Shown here piece by piece: positions 58,338 through 64,000 of a stretch of DNA of 64,000 nucleotides (its first letter is position 1; every line of letters starts with the position of its first letter). A model generated the notes under the pieces. That model had not been told where the DNA came from. It did not search any database and was given only the letters and a program-made list of their open reading frames with translations. The translations under genes were made by a program, and so were the position numbers. Origin of the DNA: Amoeboaphelidium occidentale (taxonomy: Eukaryota); assembly GCA_023515795.1 (NCBI GenBank), contig JALGPX010000043.1:1-64000 (forward strand), given 5' to 3'.

Positions 58338-58470
58338 CTGGCCCTTCGCTACAGGATTAGTTCAAATAAAATCCAAATCTTACTTAGAAGAGCGTTACAC
58401 GAATCGCCGATTTCTCAGCTACGCTGGCGGAGACTGTACAAGTAAATATGCAGGCATAATCACCTGTCAT
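58338..58470 (-). ncRNA. Putative Fanzor omegaRNA scaffold (second copy at 57980-58112)
   Basis: Lies between the Fanzor remnant and the element 3' end. Minus-strand stems GCUCUUC/GAAGGGC (one G-U) enclose GGAUU/AAUCC and end 3 nt before the junction. Confidence 0.55.
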
Positions 58471-58676
58471 TAACCTTCATTTGCATTCAAATCCAAGAAA
58501 ACGTGCCTGATATTTCGTGCAGCGTTAATGTCCCTCTTCCAAACAGTTAAGCAATCTGAATTGCAGATTTTAACCGCCCGAAACTTTGTCTGTTTCAACT
58601 CATGTAAACAGAATGAACTTAACTTGCAGGGTTCTGAGCGAGCTAGATATATTCTCTTTAAGAAAGTGCATTCGCA

Positions 58677-58711
58677 CTCCAGCTCGCAGCATGTAGACGC
58701 TTGAGCTGGAG
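58677..58711. repeat. Subterminal hairpin at the element's 5' end
   Basis: CTCCAGCTC (58677-58685) pairs with GAGCTGGAG (58703-58711) as a perfect 9-bp stem, with further inner pairing. Confidence 0.8.
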
Positions 58712-58767
58712 CTGCAAGCAATAAGCCTTTTGTTATTTGCCGTCAGTGTTGTTTTTTCACACAACAA

Positions 58768-60813
58768 ATGCCCCAAGCTTCAAATTCGCAGGAAAAGTTC
58801 ACAATTGCTGTGCCAAACAGTCAAAAGCCTGGCTCGTCTGCAATTTACAGGAATAAGTCCAGCCCAGATAAGTTGGCATTTGATGAAAGTCTGCCAAGAA
58901 CTTTGTATGAGAATTTCCAGAAGGGTCTCAAAATTTCTCCTGATGGCCCATGCTTAGGCACAAGAACTATTGACCCAAAAACAAAGAAGGCAGGCGCATA
59001 TCAGTTCCAGACTTACCGACAAGTAAATGAGCGTCTTACTAATTTTGGTGCTGGTTTGCTGCAACTCGGTGGAACTGTTTTAAAACAAGGGGGCGTCGGT
59101 TGGAATGTCGGCTTGTACTCCATCAATAGGCCTGAATGGGTGATTGCGGAACAGGGCTGTAATGCTTATTCGCTGGTCACTGTCGCTTTGTATGATACTT
59201 TGGGTGCTGATACACTTTCCTTTACGGTAAATCATGCAGATTTAAGCGTTGTCGTTTGTTCGCTTGACAAGATTCCTAATCTTCTCAAAGTTTCTTCGAG
59301 TTGCCCAAAGTTGAAGGCGATCGTATCGATGGATGAATTTGGTCCGAATGAGAAAGTCGTAAATGTTCTGAAACAATGGTGCGCAGACAAGAATATTTCG
59401 CTTTACAGTTTCAAAGAGATTGAAGAATTGGGTCAAAAGCACGCAAGAAAGCACATTCCGCCTAAGCAGGATGATATTACAACAATTTGTTATACTTCTG
59501 GTACCACTGGAAATCCAAAAGGAGTAATGGTGTATCATCGTAATTTTGTTGCTGCTGCTGATGGAATTAAATCTCATAATTTGAGTTTCGATAAGAATGA
59601 TGTAATGATCAGTTATTTGCCTCTTGCTCACTGCTTTGAGCGTGTGCTTCAGACTGCAATTTATGGGAACGGTGCATCGATTGGTTTCTATCGTGGTGAT
59701 GTCTTGTTACTTGTCGAAGATATTCAGGCTTTGAGACCTACGTTCTTCCCTTCTGTACCTAGATTATTCAATAGGATCTATGCCAAATTAATTGAAGGAA
59801 CCATCAAGGCTCCTGGTGTAAAGGGTATGCTTTGTAGAAAGGCTGTTGCTGATAAGTTGTACTATTTGAAGGAAGCAAATACATTGCACCATACATTTTG
59901 GGATGGTCTGTTGTTCAAGAAAGTTGCAGCTGTACTTGGAGGACGTGTAAGATTGATGATTACCGGTTCTGCTCCTATTTCAGGTGAAGTTTTAAACTTT
60001 CTCCGAGTTTGTTTCTCGTGTGAGATTTTAGAAGGCTTTGGTCAAACTGAGTGCGCAGCAGGTTCAACTTTGACATTCCCCGGTGATTACATAACTGGTC
60101 AAGTTGGTGTTCCAGTTGTTTGTAATGAAATCAAATTGGTTGATGTGCCGGATATGGGTTATTTTACTACTGGTGATAAACCAAAAGGTGAAATTTGCAT
60201 CAGAGGATACAATGTCATGAAGGGCTATTACAAAGAGCCAGCAAAGACTGCTGAAACACTTGATGAAGAAGGCTGGTTGCACACTGGAGACATTGGAACC
60301 ATCACTGAAAAAGGTTGTGTTGCCATTATTGATAGAAAGAAGAACATTTTCAAACTTGCCCAAGGAGAATATGTTGCACCAGAGCGCTTGGAAGCAGTTT
60401 ATCTGAAATCAAAATTTATAATGCAATGTTTCGTTCATGGAGACTCTTTGCAGAGTGAATTAGTCGCTGTCATTGTACCAGAGCCAGTTCAGTTACAGGA
60501 ATGGGCTAAGAAGAATTTGGATAAAGGTACTTCGTTGGAGATGGAATTATTGTGTCAAAAGAAGGAAGTTCATGCGTTGCTCCTTACTGAGCTCGCTAGA
60601 GTAGGAAAAGCTTTGAAGTTGGCTGGATTTGAGTTGCCAAAGAACATTCATGTTGAGCATGAACCATTTTCCGTTGAGAATGATTTGCTGACTCCTTCTT
60701 TCAAGCTCAAGAGAAATATTGCTGTAAAAAAATACCGCAAGATCCTGGATAAGTTATACGAAGAATTGGAGAAACAAAAACAGGTTGTCGGTGAGACTAA
60801 ATCGATGTTGTAA
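58768..60813 (+). CDS. Long-chain acyl-CoA synthetase
   Basis: YTSGTTGNPKG, SYLPLAH, GFGQTE, GWLHTGD, IIDRKKNIFKLAQGEYVAPE. Confidence 0.95.
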   Translation: MPQASNSQEKFTIAVPNSQKPGSSAIYRNKSSPDKLAFDESLPRTLYENFQKGLKISPDGPCLGTRTIDPKTKKAGAYQFQTYRQVNERLTNFGAGLLQLGGTVLKQGGVGWNVGLYSINRPEWVIAEQGCNAYSLVTVALYDTLGADTLSFTVNHADLSVVVCSLDKIPNLLKVSSSCPKLKAIVSMDEFGPNEKVVNVLKQWCADKNISLYSFKEIEELGQKHARKHIPPKQDDITTICYTSGTTGNPKGVMVYHRNFVAAADGIKSHNLSFDKNDVMISYLPLAHCFERVLQTAIYGNGASIGFYRGDVLLLVEDIQALRPTFFPSVPRLFNRIYAKLIEGTIKAPGVKGMLCRKAVADKLYYLKEANTLHHTFWDGLLFKKVAAVLGGRVRLMITGSAPISGEVLNFLRVCFSCEILEGFGQTECAAGSTLTFPGDYITGQVGVPVVCNEIKLVDVPDMGYFTTGDKPKGEICIRGYNVMKGYYKEPAKTAETLDEEGWLHTGDIGTITEKGCVAIIDRKKNIFKLAQGEYVAPERLEAVYLKSKFIMQCFVHGDSLQSELVAVIVPEPVQLQEWAKKNLDKGTSLEMELLCQKKEVHALLLTELARVGKALKLAGFELPKNIHVEHEPFSVENDLLTPSFKLKRNIAVKKYRKILDKLYEELEKQKQVVGETKSML

Positions 60814-60845
60814 GCCAACAGAATAAATCAGAATTCAATTTCTTC

Positions 60846-61766
60846 ATGTCGTTGAAGTCGAAACAGCTCAAGTTGATTGATATCGCGCTGAATTGGGGCG
60901 ATGATATGTTCCGTGGTGTTTATCACGGAAAGAAGTGCCATGCAGACGACTCCTTAAAAATTATCGAGAGAGCCAAAGCAGCAGGAGTTCAAAAGTTTAT
61001 ATTCACCGGAACAGATCTTGAAGAAAGCCGTAATTGCCTTGAATTAGCAAAAGAACAAGACTGCTTTTACTCCACAGTGGGCTGTCATCCTACGCGATGT
61101 ACGGAATTTGAGAGTGACCCTGATAAGTATTACGATGAACTTCTGCAGCTCGCTGAATCTGCACCAGGAAAAGTTGTTGCTATTGGTGAATGTGGCTTAG
61201 ATCTGGACCGGTTACATTTTTGCCATTTAGAAACTCAAAAGAAGTACTTTGATAAACAGTTTGGACTAGCTGAATTAACGAAGCTGCCCATGTTTCTGCA
61301 TAACAGGAACACCAACGGTTTGTTCGTTGAAATGATGAAACAGAATCGTGATAGATTTAGTGGAGGTGTTGTGCATTCTTTCGATGGGACCGTTGACGAA
61401 ATGAAGCAGCTTACAGATGAACTCGGCCTTTACATTGGCATCAATGGTTGTTCCTTGAAAACTGAAGAGAACCTTGAAGTTGTGAAGCAAATACCTCGTG
61501 AAAAGCTGATGCTTGAAACAGATGCGCCTTGGTGCGATATTCGACCTTCTCATGCTTCTTACAAACACCTGAATAATTTTAAACCAGAACCATCACAGGT
61601 TTGCAAGAAGGAAAAGTTCACAGAAGGTAAAATGATAAAAGGTCGAAATGAGCCTTGCAACATTTCTCAAGTTCTTGAAGTTGTTGCGAGTATCAGAGAC
61701 GAAGACATTCACGAGCTAGCGGAAGCCATCTATGAAAACACCAACCAGCTTTTTGGCTTATCGTAG
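60846..61766 (+). CDS. TatD-family DNase (TATDN1-like)
   Basis: STVGCHPT, IGECGLD, LPMFLH, VVHSF, LETDAPWC, RNEP. Confidence 0.95.
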   Translation: MSLKSKQLKLIDIALNWGDDMFRGVYHGKKCHADDSLKIIERAKAAGVQKFIFTGTDLEESRNCLELAKEQDCFYSTVGCHPTRCTEFESDPDKYYDELLQLAESAPGKVVAIGECGLDLDRLHFCHLETQKKYFDKQFGLAELTKLPMFLHNRNTNGLFVEMMKQNRDRFSGGVVHSFDGTVDEMKQLTDELGLYIGINGCSLKTEENLEVVKQIPREKLMLETDAPWCDIRPSHASYKHLNNFKPEPSQVCKKEKFTEGKMIKGRNEPCNISQVLEVVASIRDEDIHELAEAIYENTNQLFGLS

Positions 61767-61860
61767 AAATATAATTTGTTAATATCCTTCCAGAGTTTTC
61801 TCATGCTTTGGTTTGGTGTCTCATGTGAATCAAACATCTTCGACGCCATCTTTTCAAAAT

Positions 61861-62700
61861 ATGATATTCCAGTATTTCATAACGATTATCGCACTATCCG
61901 CAGAAGGCATTAAAGCTCTGTCTGTCGCAAACGAAATAGCGGGCAAAGAACGCGGAGGGATATTTTGTAACAACACTTTCAGGATACTCGACAAGAATAA
62001 TGACGGCGCGATATCAGAAAGCGAATTCAGACACGTGATACTGATGGCTATGCAGAATCGGAGACATCATGATATACAATCTGCAGGACCTGAAAGCATG
62101 CCAGAGTTCTCTTCAGTTGACAAAAACTCTGATGGTTCGCTTGATCATGATGAACTATGTTCTTATTTAAGTCTTGATGATTTCAACTTGAACAAACATT
62201 CCATGCTTTCATTAAAGAACATGACACGAGGTATGGATACTTTAAAGTCAAAAAAGTACGCTAAAAGAATGTACATGGATGCTTATGACAAAATCTGTCC
62301 TGATCAAGATTCTGCAAAAGCTTGGACAAGACTTCACACGCAATGCAATTTTACTTCGGATGAAGCGCCACAAGATTTAGACGCACTCGTAGCTTCCGAT
62401 AACTGTAAAGTATTTGACTGCACTTCAGACTATGAGAATCAAATGGAGAAGAAGCTAACGACCTCTGTGATTTTGCTTTCTATTTTCCTTCTATTTTATA
62501 CAATGCTCGTGGTATTTGCTGCCTTCTTTTTTATTACATCGTTCGCGGCAATTATTGGCGCTGGGGCTGCATTCGCTGTATGGAAGATGGCACTGATACC
62601 AGCTTCGTTGATTCTGTTCGCAGGGCTGTTAGTAGGGGAGATATTCCTATTTAAGAAGATGATACACGACGCAACCCTTTTGCATTTGTTGGACAAATAG
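61861..62700 (+). CDS. Membrane protein with signal peptide, two EF-hands and C-terminal TMs
   Basis: DKNNDGAISESE and DKNSDGSLDHDE loops; hydrophobic C-terminus. Confidence 0.7.
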   Translation: MIFQYFITIIALSAEGIKALSVANEIAGKERGGIFCNNTFRILDKNNDGAISESEFRHVILMAMQNRRHHDIQSAGPESMPEFSSVDKNSDGSLDHDELCSYLSLDDFNLNKHSMLSLKNMTRGMDTLKSKKYAKRMYMDAYDKICPDQDSAKAWTRLHTQCNFTSDEAPQDLDALVASDNCKVFDCTSDYENQMEKKLTTSVILLSIFLLFYTMLVVFAAFFFITSFAAIIGAGAAFAVWKMALIPASLILFAGLLVGEIFLFKKMIHDATLLHLLDK

Positions 62701-62739
62701 ATTCTTTCTGCGGTTGTTTCAAGCCCTTTTTTATCCAGC

Positions 62740-64000
62740 ATGCGAAGACAGTTTCCGACAAGACCGCTAGAAAAAGTTCCACCAAGAAGGCCTTCTTATA
62801 ATCAATATCGAAAGGGGCTTTGGAGCTCTGAACAAGTTATAATGTATATTGCTGCTTTATGTTTTGGCTGTTTCATACTTCAAGTAATGTTTGGTGGTTA
62901 TATTACACCTATGGAACACGGAAAGGGACATGAAACAAAAGATCACAGTGAAGAACACAAGCTGTTTACGAGTTATAATTTCTACGACCTCTTCTGTGAA
63001 GGCGATCCTGGAAAATGTTCCTTGGCCAGGTTCGCTTGCATTCAGGACCACAAGATTTGCAAGATTGCTTCTGTTTACTACATTGACGACGAACTGTTCC
63101 TGTTGTATGATCCTCAAAGACAATCAGCGAATGAAGATAAGTCTGCCTCATTGGGTTTGCTAAAATCAGCGTTTCCCAACACAAAAATACACTTTCTGTC
63201 CATTCTACATGTTCAAGATCGTTTCAAGCCAAGCTCTGATCCTGTGATGTTGGAAAAGAAGAAGCTTATAAGCGTAAATAGCAAGAAGGATGATAAGTCG
63301 TTCTTTAATCAGATCATGGCAATTGTTTCTAGTTGGGCAGGTGCTTTTGCGTTTAATACCCCAGGGCTTGATCAATTCGATTTGATTTATGGCTCGAAGA
63401 ATATTCCGGATGATATGGTCAAGTTATTGAATATTCCAGTGTTCCAGCTTAAGAAGGGCGAAGGCTTCCTTATTGATTATTTATTCCTTGCTGATAATGA
63501 TTTAATTGACTATGAAGCATTGTCAAATAATCCACAATTTACATGGACGCCTTCTCCGTTATCACAAGCATTTGATTTTCTGAAGGAGAAATTAAACAAA
63601 CTTCAAGCGAAAAAGGAAAGCAAGCAATATTCTAAAAGCATTGTTTACTACTCTGATGTTAAGAGCCATCAGTTTCCAGATCACGCATTAATCGAGAATT
63701 ACTTGTCTATTTACGATGAACGGACAACATGGAGTATCACTAGCTCAGACGCTGTCGCTTCAGGAGAAGCTGCTCGTGACATATCTTTTGCTGATGTCCT
63801 TGTTGGGTCTCCTACAGAAGATTGGTTATGGGGAATGTTGCTCGCTAGAGATGATGCCGTTATAATTGAAATGGAACCGATTAATTATTTGTATTGGAAC
63901 TTGGCAAAGATAGTGAAGAAAAAGTACTTGTTCTACGGCAGTAGCAGATTGAATGTTGCACCGGAAGTCAAAGGTATTCATGTGTTTCGTAAAAGGGCCG
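62740..64000 (+). CDS. Type II membrane protein, possibly glycosyltransferase family 61-like; runs off the window
   Basis: Frame 1 is open from ATG 62740 to the window end (not in the ORF track); TM MYIAALCFGCFILQVMF; ADVLVG...AVIIEMEP..Y.NLAK. Confidence 0.6.
   Translation, partial: MRRQFPTRPLEKVPPRRPSYNQYRKGLWSSEQVIMYIAALCFGCFILQVMFGGYITPMEHGKGHETKDHSEEHKLFTSYNFYDLFCEGDPGKCSLARFACIQDHKICKIASVYYIDDELFLLYDPQRQSANEDKSASLGLLKSAFPNTKIHFLSILHVQDRFKPSSDPVMLEKKKLISVNSKKDDKSFFNQIMAIVSSWAGAFAFNTPGLDQFDLIYGSKNIPDDMVKLLNIPVFQLKKGEGFLIDYLFLADNDLIDYEALSNNPQFTWTPSPLSQAFDFLKEKLNKLQAKKESKQYSKSIVYYSDVKSHQFPDHALIENYLSIYDERTTWSITSSDAVASGEAARDISFADVLVGSPTEDWLWGMLLARDDAVIIEMEPINYLYWNLAKIVKKKYLFYGSSRLNVAPEVKGIHVFRKRA

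Larger units (their letters stand above)
57980..58714 (-). mobile_element. Non-autonomous Fanzor/TnpB-derived element, two copies (57980-58278 partial; 58338-58714) either side of an N, flanked by 10-bp direct repeat CAAGCAATAA
   Basis: Remnant ORF CKLCSFC...KICNSDCLTVWNRDINAARNI (zinc finger + RuvC-III); direct repeats at 57970-57979 and 58715-58724; copies differ at about 12 of ~300 nt. Confidence 0.85.

Noticed and set aside
57980..58714. CRISPR-like repeat-spacer reading of the duplicated unit
   Set aside because: Only two ~300-nt units containing a Fanzor remnant; no short regular repeats and no cas genes.
1..64000. Stop-codon reassignment as the cause of fragmented ORFs
   Set aside because: Breaks are explained by short GT-AG introns, and conserved proteins end at TAA/TAG/TGA where expected.

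Overview
Eukaryotic nuclear DNA from a very compact, intron-containing genome: about 43 genes in 64 kb, introns mostly ~30-50 nt, intergenic gaps often under 100 nt, and standard TAA/TAG/TGA stops. Fungal-type genes (Ypd1 HPt, Apl1, Kar3-like kinesin, Ufe1, Ecm30/HID1) occur with genes lost in most fungi (Ena/VASP, EFhd2/swiprosin, coactosin-like, methylmalonyl-CoA epimerase, ciliary B9D2). This points to an early-diverging holomycotan such as an aphelid (inference). Main points of interest: (1) two distinct Fanzor/TnpB-like RNA-guided nuclease elements, namely a frameshifted Fanzor 3' end with a piggyBac-like TTAA terminus at 1-547, and a short non-autonomous element at 57980-58714 with a 10-bp flanking direct repeat, a terminal hairpin and an omegaRNA-like fold, whose two visible junctions both lie immediately after a TAA closing a reading frame; (2) a single-ORF four-domain RNA-repair protein (ligase + kinase + 2H phosphoesterase + HAD-like); (3) a Cfr-like radical-SAM rRNA methyltransferase. 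Gene calls come from motif recognition by eye and exon boundaries are manual predictions; no database search was run.
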